Positions 1 through 13,792 of a DNA stretch of 64,000 nt are shown here, piece by piece; the stretch's first letter is position 1; each line of letters starts with the position of its first letter. Origin of the DNA: Lama guanicoe (Eukaryota); the NCBI GenBank assembly GCA_013239625.1, contig MU053881.1, forward strand, positions 3,102,001 to 3,166,000, read 5' to 3'. The translations under genes and the position numbers were made by a program. The notes below the pieces were generated by a model. The model ran no database searches. It was not told the origin of the DNA and saw only the letters and a list, made by a program, of their open reading frames with translations.

Positions 1-1100
1 CCTTTGGGGGCCGAGGCTTTTAAGGAACAGCCTCCTTTTCTCTCCTTCCTCAAGCTGGAAAGACATGGGGACGAGGTCCTTGTTTTTAAGGGGATGTGGC
101 TGCAAGTGAAACCTGCTCCCTGATCAGAGGAAACTCCTACTGGCCAGGAATACAGGCGCAGGACTGCCCTGCAGAAAGGGAAACTGCATTCTGATGTGCT
201 GAGCCCTTTTTTATTTGGATCTATGTTTCAGCAGCTTGAATTGCTCTAATTAATACACAAATTGGTACCCTGAAGTGAGGGCGTTGCCATAACAACAAAG
301 CGAAAATCTGTGGTGCGGCCCGGGGTTGGACAGTGGGTGGAGAGGACGCAGAGGTCACGGGCAGGAAGGCTGGGGACTCGTGTCCTGCAATTGAAGACAA
401 CTGATGAACCATTGTCTAAAACGGGCCATGGACGGGGTGTTCGAGGGGAAGGGGCAAAGAGCCTGACAGCTAGCGAGCATTCGTTTCTTCCTGCTGCGCA
501 TCACAAGGTATCACAAGGGAGACGTGAGCTCAGGCAAGAATTGTCCAGCCTGTAAACCAAAATGAAAGGATGTAGTGTTCAGAAATACAGGGCTTCTCTG
601 AGATGGTTGGATTTTTCTGAGTTGGACGTTGCGAATGAGAAATAAACTTCTACTGTGTCTGAGTCTTCCTGTGCCTCTGGTTCTATTTTTGCTGCTAGCA
701 TGACCCTGACTACACACGTGGCGTTGGGGAGTACCCGCTTCGGGTCTAAATGGGACTCCTGGCCTACATACACTGGCTGAGTCTCCGGTGGTAAGGACGG
801 GACACGCCGAGCCCGCCTTCTCCCTGGGTGGCTCGCCCAGGAATCTGCGGCATGGGTCTGCAAGCACGAGGCCGGACTCATGACTGCATGAATCCCAGTG
901 AGCCAGTCGCAAAAGTCAGAGAGAGACCAAAAAGGCTCTGTTAACCCCCAAACAAAAGGCCCTGGGCTTTTCCCACTGAAAACAAGAACCACTTCCCATG
1001 TCACCAAAGGCAGAGGCATAAAAAACAACAACGTGGACATGAACACCTTGGAGAATGTCCTGTATTTGCTTAGCTCTACGATTTACGAAGTTCTCCCACA
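1..1100 (+). mobile_element. MaLR (MLT1-type) LTR 3' end plus degraded internal sequence
   Basis: LTR-end taataca (~258) followed by aaattggtacc.tgaagtgagggcgttgccataacaa, typical of the start of MLT internal regions. Right boundary uncertain. Confidence 0.55.
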
Positions 1101-1262
1101 TCTGAGTAAGGTGTTGGTCACATTTTTCAGTTGAAGAAACTGAAGCTTAAAGATTAGTGGCAGCTAGTGAGCAAGGGGGCTAATTCCAGGCCAGCTTCCT
1201 GTCTCTAGAAATTTGCTGCTTAATGACTGAGATGCGGAGGGACCTCTTTCTCACTGGGGCCT

Positions 1263-1281
1263 GGTGAGTGTGCCTGTGTGA

Positions 1282-1312
<31 letters not shown>
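1263..1312. repeat. (TG)n microsatellite
   Basis: Direct observation. Confidence 0.95.
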
Positions 1313-1429
1313 AGCGATGCTGGCAGATGGTAACCAAGTCCTTGCACCTCTGTAGACCTCAGTGACCGCATGTCACTGCTGGACAGAGGGACCATGGCGA
1401 GCAGTATGCTTGCCTGGAAAGATGTTTTT

Positions 1430-2059
1430 CTTAAATTGAAGTATAGTCAATTTACAATGTTGTGTTAATTTCTGGTGTACCGCATAGAGATTCATTTAGA
1501 CATACATTTATATATATTCCTTTTCATAATCTTTTTCATTATAGGCTATTATAAGATATTGAATATAGTTCCCTGTGCTGTACAGTAGGAACTTACTATT
1601 TATCTATTTTATATATAGTGGTTAATATCTGCAAATCCCAAACTCCCAATTTGTCCCTCCACAGCCCCTTTTCCCCTGGTAACTAGAAGTTTGTTTTCTA
1701 TGTCTGTGAATCTATTTCTGTATTGTAAATAAGTTCATTTGTGTCTTTTTTTTTTAGATTACACATATGAATGATATCATATGATATTTGTCTTGCTCTT
1801 CCTGGCTTACTTCACTTGGTATGACAATCTCCAGGTCCATCCATGTTGCTGCAAATGGCAGTATTTCATTCTTTTCTGTGGCTGAGTAGTATTCCGTTGT
1901 ATAAATAAACCACAACTTATTTATCCAGTCATCTGTTGATGGACATTTAGGCTGTTTCCATGTCTTGGCTATTGTAAACAGTGCTGCTATGAACACTGGG
2001 GTGCATGTATCTTTTCAAATTAGAGTTTCCTCTAGATATATGCCCAGGAGTGTTACCCA
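1430..2059 (-). mobile_element. 5'-truncated, relatively young LINE-1 (ORF2 C-terminus plus 3' UTR)
   Basis: Peptide MFIAALFTIAKTWKQPKCPSTDDWINKLW...PFAATWMDLE is the L1 ORF2 end. TSD-like gaaagat(g)ttttt at 1417-1429 and 2060-2070. Confidence 0.95.
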
Positions 2060-3514
2060 GAAAGATTTTTACTGATGATACAACTGAGGCCCAGAGAAGC
2101 CAGAGGCTTGCCTGATTTTGCACCACAAATGGCAGGAAAGCTGCAATGAACACCTCAGATTGTCTGCACCAAGGTCCTCTCTCTCTCTGCCCTGTCATCT
2201 CTGAGCCTTGCCTCCTCAGCCGGCTCCCAGACATTCTGAAGGAGGAATCTTGCCTGCTCCCCTCGACACCCCAGCTTCCCAGGCTCCGCACTGCAGGACT
2301 GGGCCCAGGGACAGGAGGGGGAGTTCCGGGGACCCAGACTTGCTGTATCAGATTGGTCGTGGACTTTGGCTGGTCTGTAGCAGCCCTGCCCCCTTCACTG
2401 GAGGGCTTGCCTCTCCCGGGCTCTGTGTGGGGTGGTCCTGGGGACTCCTATCAAGATGTGTGTGTTCTCCAGACGGGGGCGGGGGTGGCCCTACTCCAGG
2501 GGTTTTGAATCATAAGGAGAAACTCCCAGGGGTCATTCACCACAGTGGGGGAAGCCTGGCAGAGAGAAGAGTTCCCTCCCTCTGGGTCTCCCAGAGCCAC
2601 TCCAGCGTTTGCTGAGTTCGATCCCCCAGCGTTCCCTTCGTTTTTGTGAGCTACCTGACACCCTTCCAATAGACTCAGTTCCCTCAAGGCAGGGGTTGGG
2701 GCTTGCAGCCAAGCACGCCTGCTGCTGCAGACTGAAACCCTAGCGGGTCACGGGAGAGAAGCTACTTCCCAAAGCCTCCCTCAGAGCAGGCAATACAGGG
2801 CACGTTTATTGAGCACCGACTGTGTGCTAGCTCCCGTGCTGGGTCCTGGGGCTCCAGAGAGATGTCAGTCCCCTTTGCAGCCTGGAGAGCCCACAGTTCG
2901 TGGGCAGGGGAAGGAGACAGAGGAGGGACAGGGACCAGGGTCGTTGCTCTGCTGTCCCTGCCTGTCTCTTGTGTAATCCACTCTCAACTGCTAATTCAAT
3001 TGGCACCCAGAAGGGTTTTCTTCTGTTTCCATTTGTTTCCCTTAAAAAAGAATCAATAAACTGTTCGCAGTGTCTTTAATAGAGACTAAATCAGAGCTTT
3101 TTATAACCTTGTTATGGGGTTGGCATTTTCAACATTTTTCCTGTAAAGCTAAATTTGGGTTAATGTGGCATCATTTGAGAATCAGACAGTGGACTGAGAC
3201 TATTGGTTGATGATCAATTCACCAAGAATCAATCTGCGTTTGGCAGTTTACCATTTCCAGAGACTCCCTAGGGCAGAGCAACCGGTCTGCATGTTAGAAG
3301 CTCAGAGAAGGGAAGGAATTTGCCTAAATTCACACAGCCTGGATCCGTCCCCCAATTCTGCAGCCCTGGCTTTCTTGTTAAACAGTGCAGACCAGTAGCA
3401 GGAACTCAGAGCTGCAGGATGGGATGGCGCGGCACAGAGATGGTTTCTGCAGGGAGAAGGCTGAGGGAAGGACAGCTACTCACAGGGGCTGCTGGATGGG
3501 CTTCTGTGTTCCCG

Positions 3515-3532
3515 CACTGCCCCCTGGTGGCC
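3515..3532 (-). promoter_or_regulatory. CTCF motif
   Basis: GGCCACCAGGGGGCAGTG, near-consensus core. Confidence 0.6.
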
Positions 3533-5529
3533 GCCCCGTGCCTGGCCTCCGGGATCTGGGAGCCCTGAGCTTGGAAATTTCAGCCTGGTTGTAGCTGTGG
3601 GTGGGTTCCAGATCTTCCTGGTGGAGCAGCCCCTGCTTTTGGACAGCTGAATGCTTAGTCCTTCTAGAACAGATCACAGATGTTCAGGTATTTATTTGTG
3701 GGAGAAGTGTTCATTCATTAGGTTCTTTAACCGGTCTCCAGAGACACTTGGATGCCTCAGGCCGAAATGGTGATGACTCGACATAGTCCTTGCCCTCAGG
3801 GAGCCTCCAGACTCCTGGGAGAGGAGGCCCCCCAGAGAGACACCCACGATGCAGGGAGAGGTGGGCACCATGAAGCCACACCCAGAGCATCCTGGGAGCT
3901 GCAAACTGGGCAGGAATGGGGAGTGGAGGGAGGGGCCAGAGGGAGGCTGGTTAAGGAAGGTAGCAGGAGGGGTGAGCATCGTAGGAGAGCTGGGGTCAGA
4001 GGGGTCCAGAAGGAAGAGGCAAGTCAACTGCAAAGCAATGGCCCAAAACTTCGGGAGGGGGTGGGAGCGGGGCGGCTTGCTTTCCAGGGCTCTGGAATTT
4101 ATGCTACATTCATCATTTTGTGTTCTCTTCCTTCTCCTGCTCCAAATTGAGTGAGATCAGGGGCTCCTCCATACCTGGAGGAGTCAAGATGGGGAGGGAG
4201 CGGCAGGGGATAAAGTGATAGAGGCTGAGAGCTGCAGGTTGGCTTAGCTGACAAGTGCACACTCTGTCCTGAGAGTGAAGGGGTCCCATTAAAATATTTG
4301 AACAGGAGAACGGCCAGGCCACTCCCGAGTTGGAAAAGTTTCTGAGTTGGGAAATTTTCTGCAGAAGCAGAAGCTCTCCCTGTGCAAACCCCAGACCCAG
4401 GCAAAGGGATGCTGGCCATGGTTCTTATGCTTTAGAAGACCCTGTCCTGGCCCTCCAGCTGGACCGCTCCCCGCAGGTGAGGAGTCCCTGGGCTCAGAAG
4501 GATGTGGCCACCTGGGGCTCACAGCCAACCCATCTTCCAGATCACAAACCCTGGGGAGCTGGTCCTGAGTCTGGGATCTGCGCAGGCCTTGCCCCAACTC
4601 CAGCCTCCAAAAGGTGGGCCATGCTGATAGTGTGTGCAAGACTGGGTTCAAGGATGGCTATTTTGGGGTGTGGAGAGGGAGCCAGTAGGGGCCAAATGGA
4701 GGGTGGCAGGCGGCTGGAGCTGCTGTCAGGTAGGGGAGGACACCACCTCTGTTGACCTTCATCCTCTCTACAGTGATTTATGAGCATCTACACTGTGCTC
4801 TGTGCTGGGCTCACCCAGGGCCAGGCCAGGCTGGGCTTCCTGGGTCCGAGGAACCCAGGGAAGTGCTGGTGGGAGGTGCCAAGAATAGGCCCTGCAGGTG
4901 GACTGTGGAAGCCAGAGGCTGGGGGCTGCACACCACTGGGAGGACCAGCTCCAAGCCATCAGGGAAGACGGAGCTGCAGGGCTGAGGGTGCCCGGTGTAG
5001 ACACCCATGGGGGAGGGAAGGCCAAGACCCAGACGCCAGCACAAAGAGCCCTCTGCTCAGAGCTGGTGCTTGTGTGCAGCCCAGGAGTAGGTCAAGAGGC
5101 TGAAGTATCCAGGGCTGGGGCAGAAACCCATGGGAAGAGGCTCCTCTCAGGGCTGGGGAGCCTTATCCGGGAGACAGCCAGTCTCTGGAGATCTGGTCTC
5201 TGGGACACAGGCCAGACCTGCTGTTTCCTCAAGAATGGGATTCCCACCATGTCTGCAGCCCCCCAGGAGGCAGCAGGAGTCTCCCCAAAGGCGGGCAGGA
5301 GGCGCTTCTCTGGCCCAGCCTGATAATTAGATCCTTCAATTGCAATTACTTTTGCAATTAGCTCAGCTGGTAATTGGAACTGGAGGTGGTAATTTCCGTC
5401 CTTCACGGAAGCTCCCTCTGAATTGGGCTCTGCTCATCTGTCCAGGGTGCAGGTGGCGCTCTGGGAGCGCTGGGCTCGGTGGTGGGAGCTCTGCACACTC
5501 AGCCCAGGGCTTGGCTCAAAGTGAAGCAT

Positions 5530-5981
5530 TTGGGTCCTGCTGGAGCCTCCAGGTGGACATTTGGGGCTTTGTGTTCCCCCCTTGAGTGTGGGCTGGCCTA
5601 GTGACTTTTTCTAACCCGTAGAATATGACAAAGGTGGTGGCTGCCACTTCTGTACTATTTATAAAAGATTGTGACTTCTGGCTTGCTGGCAGACTCTTGC
5701 CTCTGGTCTGCATGTTTGAGGAAGTCAGCTGCCACGTTGGGGGGTGGCAAGGAGCAGAACGCTGTTCACAGCCACCGAGTGAGCCCAGTCGGGCCTTCAG
5801 ATGAGACCGTAGACCCTGGGCTGACCCACCTTGATTGAAGCCTCCTGAGACTGTGAAACAGGAAACAACCTAGCAGGTCCCAGTTTCCTTCCCCTAGACG
5901 CTAGGAGGTAATGCACGTGTGCTGTTTTCAGCTGCTGCGTTTGAGTGCAATTCACTGTACAGCAGTAGGTAACCAGGACAC
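5530..5981 (+). mobile_element. MLT1 (ERVL-MaLR) solo LTR
   Basis: Hallmarks gagtgtgggctggcctagtgact, caccttgattgaagcctcctgagac, and end tgctgttttcagctgctgcgtttg...cagtaggtaaccaggaca. Confidence 0.8.
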
Positions 5982-6184
5982 AGGGAAACTATTACAATCA
6001 AATACCTTCTGTCCTTTGACCTTGACGAAGTCTGCGTTAACAACTACCTGGAAGGTCAGGTTCAGACCTGGAATCTTTGGACTCCTTGAACCAGAACACA
6101 GTGGGAGAGGGAGAGCTGGACCTTAGCTGGAGGCCACCCGCCTTCTCTTCCCACCCAGGCTCCCTCCCTCATGCCCCAGGTCCT

Positions 6185-6702
6185 GTGTTGTGGGATTCGG
6201 TGAGCCGCCGGCGCATGGTGGTGAAAGAATTTACCAAAGACAAAGGATGAAAATAGGAAAGAAGTTGATGAGGTATGCTGTCATAGGCACAGCGGGCCAC
6301 ACAGACGAGAGGTGACTGAGTGCCCCAGGAGCTGCTGTTGAGGTCTTTTATGAGGGAGGGTGACCTTTAACTCCTTGTGCTGACGTGACTTCAGGCGCCG
6401 AGGGGTCACAGGGTACGTGGTCCGCTAGTGCACAGTTCTCTGATTGGCTGATGCTGAGGTGACAGGGAAGGGAGGGGATGGTGGAAGGCTAGGGCGAGGG
6501 ACTCTGGTAGGGGGTTGTGACCAGTCCTGGTGGCCGGGCTTCTGGGCACGGTAAGGCTGATCTTTGTCTAGAGCAGCTAGCTCAGCTGAGGCAGGTAGAT
6601 CTTAAGAAAGGAATGTTCTTTGTTATCTTTAAAAGGCAGCAACTGGCCACTTGAGAGGCCTCGGAGCAGGAATCTGCCAGATGTTCGTGCTCAGGGGCTA
6701 CA
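6185..6702 (-). mobile_element. Probable ERV solo LTR
   Basis: TG...CA termini (tgttgtggg...ggggctaca), ~520 bp, CCAAT on the minus strand. No clean TSD. Confidence 0.5.
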
Positions 6703-9504
6703 ACTCCATACAACTGCCCCTGCAAACAGCCCCCCGGGGCCCCGCCGCGCGCATACCCTCCACACGTGGTGCGTGGTCTGCTCTCCCGAGGCTGGACCTG
6801 GGGAGAGGCCTGGGCTTTAGCGCCGTCTGGCTGAGGAAATCCAGGGATCTGATTCCTCCAAGTGTGCGGCACAAGGGAGGAGGGGGCTCCTGTGGGCACC
6901 TCCTCTTGGCCTCACAGACTCCTGACCCCAGGAGGTGCAGCTGGAGGGCCCAGGAAGGATTTTCCAGAGCACAGGAATCAGGGCGGGGGCGCTCTTGCTT
7001 GGGGTCTGAGGGTGGTCCTGGGAGAGCCCCTTGTTCCAAACTTGTCAGGGGGGTGAAAGGCCCCCAGTGATATGCCTGAGCAGGAGCCACCCCCGAGAGG
7101 CAGGAAAGGAGGGAGGGCGTGGAAAAAAATCCCAGTCCAGGGTCAGCGCTGGTTCCCCATATCTGCCCCCTCCCCCCTGATTCAATATTTACCGAGGCCC
7201 ACTCTGTGCCAAGCTCTTGCCAGGCCCTGGCAACCTGGATTTGAAGGACACAGCCTCTGCTTTTCCAGTTAACCAGGGAAGACATACCTTGAAGCAAACC
7301 TAGACCTTCTCCCCAAGCATGCAGATGGGTTCCTGAAAAGCCGTGCCCAGCAGCGGTTTTGGTTCAACAGTCCCTCATTCAATTAGAAGTCACTGGGTGC
7401 CTATTCATGCCAGGAACCGGGTATTAAGCAGGAAGGGACTGATCAGCACAGGGGTTATTAGAAAGCTCACAGATTCGTGGCTGACTGGCTGGCAGGAGCC
7501 GTGACTGCCTCCCACCCGCCAGCCTGACAGAGCTCACCGCTTTGTGCACAGAGCTTCTTTTTAAATCAGAGGTGCTTACTGCCTTTGATCAGGAAATTGG
7601 GAGTCACATGTCTGCACCCGAGGGGAGGAGGCTGGCAAAGGCAGCTGCTTGACTTCTACGTGGGGCAGGAGGGATTCGCAATAGAGGAAACTACGAAGAA
7701 GTGAGAGGGTGCCCGCCATCGTGACTGACAGCGGCCCGCCCAGGCGAGAAACAGACTAAATAGACGGAAGAAGAAACTGAGCAGGCATAACCCCCGCAGC
7801 GTCGCTCAGCAATGCCCCGCAGAGCGGCATCTGCATTCCCTTCTAATCGGTGTGTCACTTCTGGTTTTGCAGACCACTGGTTAGAAGAAGAAGGATGGAT
7901 CTGATCTTGCCAAATAAAGGATTTCAGTCCTTTCCAATTCTTTGCCAGTCACATTCTATTTAAATGTTGGGCAAATATTTAAACAACCCTGTGAGCCCTC
8001 CTTTGGTCGCTGCTGCTGCTCATGACCTCAGCTCAGGACTCCCTGCCCTTCTCACTGGGTTGTCTCCCTCCCTCTATGTAGCTTCTGTCTGCGGATTATT
8101 CCAGAATATAAAAATAAGATGCAAAATCAAAACCAATCAATGTTTATATTTAAACATATTCTGCGAGCAGTCATATTATGCCAGCTGGTGAGCTGTAACT
8201 GAATTCAACACTGATAGAGTCATTGAAGGTGGAATCTGAAAACCTCTTAACATGCTGGTAAGATGTAGAATAAATCCTCGCTCCCCTTTACAGACATTTA
8301 AACTATTCTATTTTGCAGATATTTAACTAAACATTTATTGATTCTTTAATTTACATTTTTCTTTTCATATTTTGGAGGCTCTGAAGTTCTTTTTTTTTTC
8401 CCCCCCAAATATCTTTGTACGTCTTGGAAAAGCTTGTGCTCGTGGTGTCCAGGGATACAATGATCCTGCCAGCAAGAGGCATTGTTGCTCACTGGCTGTG
8501 GTTAGGAACTCAACATTCTGTCCAAGTGTAATTTTCAAAAGATTAAAAACATGACTCATGCAGATGCATACTCTAACACATGACTGACTAATTTAACCCA
8601 CTAAGGAGGGAAGGGAGAGCTGGCTCAGAGAAGTATCTGAGAGACAGCTATAGATCTGCAAGGGAAGAACCTTGAAATCCGATTGTCAAGTTAGATACAA
8701 AACTGTTTGGTGTCCTTCAGAACAATAAACCATACCCTTTGGCTTTATCTTTCCTACTGGACAGAAATCCTTTGCATTTCTCCTGAGCCAAAAAAAAAAT
8801 TATTTGTCACTTATCACTCATATACAAGTTACCATGTAACTTTGCAGAGTTTGGTCCCTTATCAGTAGTAAATAGTAAATCAAAGAAAGGGACACTCACC
8901 TCGAAAATAAGATGATCTTGGTCAAGCCTGCTGGGGTGTCCCCAGCATGACTCTCAGAGGTCATGCCATCACCCTTTAGCTTTATTCTCAAGCTCTGAAT
9001 TAATTTTCTTAACAACAGAAAAAGGCTGCTCTGAGCAAGTCTTTGCCAGGGTCAGGGCTGGACTTAGGGGTATGGGTACCCAGGCAAGCAAATATTTTGG
9101 CTCCCCTTCAGATCTGTGTCTTTCACCCTCTGTTCCACATTTTTGCAGCTGGATCAGGGCAAAGAGGATTTTTCTGTTAGTAAAAACTGTATATAGACAG
9201 AAAGTCTCTTACTCCTTCATGGTCATGGTCCCAGCGGAGTCAGTCCTGAAATTATTCAGCAAAACGCTTCCCCATTTTTGCTTTTGTGGTCACATTTCCT
9301 TCCTTAGATTGCCTTTGGGGAGAGAGTGTCCAAATCAAATCACTTAGGGAGAGGTATAGGAAAGAGTTTAAATTTTAGGTAATACATTTTTTATTGGTGA
9401 GCAGTGTGATTTTTATTAGTAAGCAGCAGACATGACTTGGTTTCTGAGTTTCAGTAGCTATCACTGTGAACTCCAAGAGTTCTCTGACTGCACGAGTGAC
9501 TGGC

Positions 9505-9730
9505 ACAATGTCCAGAGTAGGCAGATCCATGGAGGACAGAAAAGAGATTGGTGGTTGTCAGAGGTGGAGGAATGTCTGCCGGTGGGCCTGGGATTTCTTC
9601 TGGGATGATGACAATGTTCTGGAATTAGACAGTGGCAATGAAAACCTTCTGAATATACTAAAAAATACTGGATTGTGTACTTTTAAAGGGTGGAGTTTAT
9701 GGTATGTGAATTATATATCAGTTAAAAAAG
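9505..9730 (+). mobile_element. Old L1M 3' end fragment
   Basis: tccagagtaggcagatccat...gatgacaatgttctggaattagacagtgg...gtatgtgaattatatatca. Confidence 0.85.
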
Positions 9731-12015
9731 CTCAGAGAAGGGTCAGCACTGCAAGAACTTTTTGAAAAATTCCCAAAGAGTGCACCATTTACTTTGTTGC
9801 AAGCATAGGGATCAATGCATATCACACCAGCTAAGAGAAAAGAATGGTCTGGAAATCTGAGTGAACATATTTGTGACTTAATTCCATGGTGTTACAGAGC
9901 TCCCTTCCCTGCCTGACTGGCTCAAACCATCATTCATTTTGAGCTGAGCTTGTCCTTAATGATCTGTTTCAGGGGAGATGGGCTCCAAGAATTGAGAAGA
10001 TCCTCCTTCCTCCTCTTCTTACATGAGCCTAAACTGTTTTGAATCATTTGTAATACTTGCTTATGTCCATCTGGTGCTTTATAATTTTATGCTATGGGAG
10101 ACCTGATCTTCAAACTGGAAATTCCCATCATGTTGTGTCTGGCACTGTGAGGCAGGCATTTTCTAGAGGATATGACCATGAGGAAAATCCACCTCAAATA
10201 ACTGTTTCTTTGTGTATCCATCAGATGCTTTTATTCATCATATCTCTCAATTCTCACTGCAACCTACAAGATAGACTTTATAAACTCTGTAACCGAAATG
10301 ACACCTGAGGCTTCCTGATGCTTTGAGAGCTGGACAAGTTTGGTTTGATCCCACACACTCCTTACCCTCTAGGAAGTCCAACAAGCCTTTCCCAAGAATC
10401 TGGTGACTTCCCAAGGGGCTCAGAGTCTCATAATCTCCTCTGCCTCTGAGTATCTACCTCCTCTAGGGTCCCTTCTGTTATGTCCTACATGAACCCAGAT
10501 GTGAAACTCCACCCCTTTCCTAGACTCTCCGCCAAAACCACTCATACAAAATATGCACAAGGACAGTGGATTCTCCTGGAGATCTTTTTATAGGAGAAAA
10601 GGTGGAGAAGGATTTATATCACATCAATGCTTACAAAAATAAAATGAACACTAGGCATTCCCTTTTCCTCAAAATGTCATTTTGGGAACATGCATGGTCC
10701 CCATCTTGGTGGCTCTTGTCTCTTTCCTCTTTTCCCACCCCTCCTCCTCACCGTCTGCCACCCCAAACTGTGCCTGAGGAACTCCAAGTTCTTTTCCTTC
10801 CATTATGGAGATAGATAAATACATTTTCAGATTCATCCAGGTGCTCCATGGAACAAAGGAGACCCAGCTAACAATAAAGTGATTGTCTCTTGAAAAAGCC
10901 ATTTAAGTTAGAAATAGCATAAAGGGAAATGTGTGCAGCACCACCAGTTCATGGATGAGAAAATGAGGATCAGAGAGGACTGCGTCCATCACTCCCGTTA
11001 TCCTGTCTGGCAAAGCTCACAAGATCAGATGCACGCTGGGTCCCTGGGAGAAGAGATTGGAGTAAACTCAAGATAATCTCCACCCCTAAATCTCTATGAG
11101 ATGTTGGACGCCCAGGGTAACCCTGACTTGGTCTCACATCCTGGACTGAGCTCTAAGGGTGGTGGGGGTTTCTCCAGCTTTGGGGAAGTGTTAACTGGTC
11201 ACAGCATCTGGGAGGCTCAGAACTGACAAAGTAAGAATGCACAGCCATTCAGAGTAGGGAGTGTGCATCTCATGGCTGGAAACTACGTCCACATGGAAGC
11301 ACCAAGGGACAACATGGTCCCCATCAAGCAGGGCTGTGAGTGCTGAGCCAAGGAGCCTGGTCTGTATCCACATGTGGTGGGAACCACACCGGCGTTTAAG
11401 CACAAGAGTGCTTAGAATGCCCTGCATTTTAGCAGTAACAAAAGTAACTTGTTCTCACAGCTGGATTTCAAAGCCAGACAGAGACCATGATCTACTCACT
11501 CTGGCTGCTTTAAGGATGTAAGAGGTGGATGGACATATTAGAGGAGGAGAGAATGAAGACTGGAAAGCTAGTTAGGAGCCCAGGGAAGACTGACTCAGGG
11601 TGCTGGCCCTGGAGATGGGAGGAACGGGCACATGTAAGACCCTTTTTGAGAACCAGGAGGCTTTCTAGACCTGTCTCGGGTACTGCAGAGAAACCTTGGT
11701 CAAGACAGAAGCAATTTACACTTTCTCCGTGACTCTTCTCCTCTGCTCTCTCCTCACTGTCTCCACCTCAGTCAGAGTGGGAAGGGAAGCAGGGAGGGCT
11801 GGGTGTGTGAGTGGCAAGGGACATTTTCAGTGGTGTCTGCTCTGGATGGGAGGCCACATGCCACATCCCCACTCTCTTCTCCAAGGGCTCCTGCAGAGAA
11901 AGGGGGCATTTGTAGCTGAGGCCAAAAACTGGGCTTTCTGGTCAAATGTGGCCAGTGACAAGGCTTGGTTTTGTCGGTGCAGTGTTTTTAAAATTTTTTG
12001 CCATCTTTTCAAAGA

Positions 12016-12122
12016 TCTATCTGTTTATCCATCTATCTATCTATCTATCCATCTATCTATCTATCTATCTATCCATCCATCCATCCATCTATCTACCATC
12101 ATCTACACATCCACCCATTCAT
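12016..12122. repeat. Compound (TCTA)n(TCCA)n microsatellite
   Basis: Direct observation. Confidence 0.95.
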
Positions 12123-12419
12123 ACATTTATTTTAATGCTTCTACAGCATTTATTATGTGCCTAGCACTTTTCTGAGATCTTTACAAATATTAATTCATTG
12201 AAAAAGGCTAATAGAAATCCAGATTTATGGTTTCTCCTAAAAAACAGAATCTGGCCCCACATCCCCATAAAGGAACTTCACTATGTACAGAGTTGCTAAG
12301 TTGATACTCAGACTATTTTATAATGAGTGTGGCAGGGGCATAGACCAACTGCAGGGATGTTGGCCATAAACCACCAGTGTGTCATTTTCTGTTGTCTTAC
12401 ACTAGTGAGCTTCACTGGT

Positions 12420-12910
12420 CCCTGTAGGCATTTGAGTCTGGGAACCCCTGGGAGGAGTGAGATGCGTTCTTTGACAGGGAATGTACCCAGGAGGAAGTGA
12501 TGAGCTATTCTAGGAAGGGGCAGGGATGGTTTTGAAGTGGAGGTGACGCCCAACTTGAGATTTGAAGGATGGCTAAGGGAAACTCTGTAGGTTGAGAAGG
12601 AAATTCTACATGGGGTATAGCTGTAGAGTGAAATTGTGTGAGAGTCCAGGCCCTTGGGCTGGATGGGGAAAATGGAGCAAAGGAAGAGAGGGATGTGAGA
12701 TGAGGCTGGACCATTAGGCAGAGCCAGACCATGGTGCAGCCTTGAATTCCCTGCTCGATTGATGATAAATGGAGGGGACAGTGAAAATTGTGGTGGGGGC
12801 CACCAAAAGGACATCAGCCAGGGAGTGCCAAGGCCCAGAGTTTGAGTCTCAAAGATTTTGTTGTAAGCCAGGGTAGGGAATGAGCATAGGGTATGCAGGA
12901 GGCTGGAAGC
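12420..12910 (-). mobile_element. L2 fragment
   Basis: Purine-rich L2-like motifs (ggaggaggtgac...ttgagatttgaaggatg; gagatgaggctgga). Confidence 0.6.
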
Positions 12911-13134
12911 AACTATAATATTGAGGAGTGGGGAGGTTTAGAGAGTGCCAGGGAATTTCCAGTCACTTGGGAAACCCAGGTCCCCTCCATCCTGAGGATG
13001 CAGAGCTCTGGAGTCAGGCAGCCTTCAGTTCCTATCCAGGCTCTGCCTCTGTGGTGGGTGAGATGGTCATCCAGTAATATTCATCTCTCACTCCGTCTCA
13101 GCCCCATGGGAGGGGTAGATATGCTTGCTCTAGC

Positions 13135-13792
13135 ATGGCTTGGCCATGGGACTTACTTTGGCTAATGATGTATTTGCAGGCAAGATGCTCAGGAACCTGA
13201 AATATGCTTTTACTGCTGGGATTGCTCTCTTGTATGCCGATCATTTCTGCAAGAAGACCATGCCTGGGTGGGTCTGCTGGTGCCAAGAGAGGGTGAGAGA
13301 CTTGTGGAGCCATGATGAGCCATCTCAGCAGAGCCCATCCTCAATTAGCCAGCCTATAGATTCATGAACTACATAAATGTTTTTCTTTTCTGTCTTTTAA
13401 AAAATTATTATTAAGGTATAGTCAGTTATAATGTGTCAATTTCTGGTATTCAGCATAATGTCCCAGTCGTGCATAAATATATACATATATTTATTTTCAT
13501 ATTCTTTTTCATTAAAGGTTACTGCACAGTATTGAATATAGTTCCCTGTGCTATGCAGAAGAAATTTATTTTTTAATCTATTTTTTATATATAGCAGTTA
13601 ACATTTGCAAATCTCAAACTCCCAAATTTGTCCCTTCCCACCCTTTTCCCCTGGCAGCCATAAGATTGTTTACTATGTCTGCGAATCTGTTTCTGTTTTG
13701 TAGATGAGTTCATTAGTGGCCTCTTTTTTCCATAAATGTTTAATAATTGTCATACACTGAGAGTGTTTGTGAACATTTGTTACGCAGCATGC
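13135..13792 (+). mobile_element. MLT1 LTR interrupted by an L1
   Basis: ggccatgggacttactttggctaatga...; end ataaatgttt/aataattgtcatacactgag...tttgttacgcagca. Confidence 0.7.
13383..13730 (-). mobile_element. Young L1 3' UTR fragment nested in MLT1
   Basis: Similar to the 3' UTR at 1430-1755. Perfect 11-bp TSD cataaatgttt at 13372-13382 and 13731-13741. Confidence 0.92.

Noticed and set aside
1754..1996. 80-aa ORF as a host gene
   Set aside because: L1 ORF2 C-terminal remnant.
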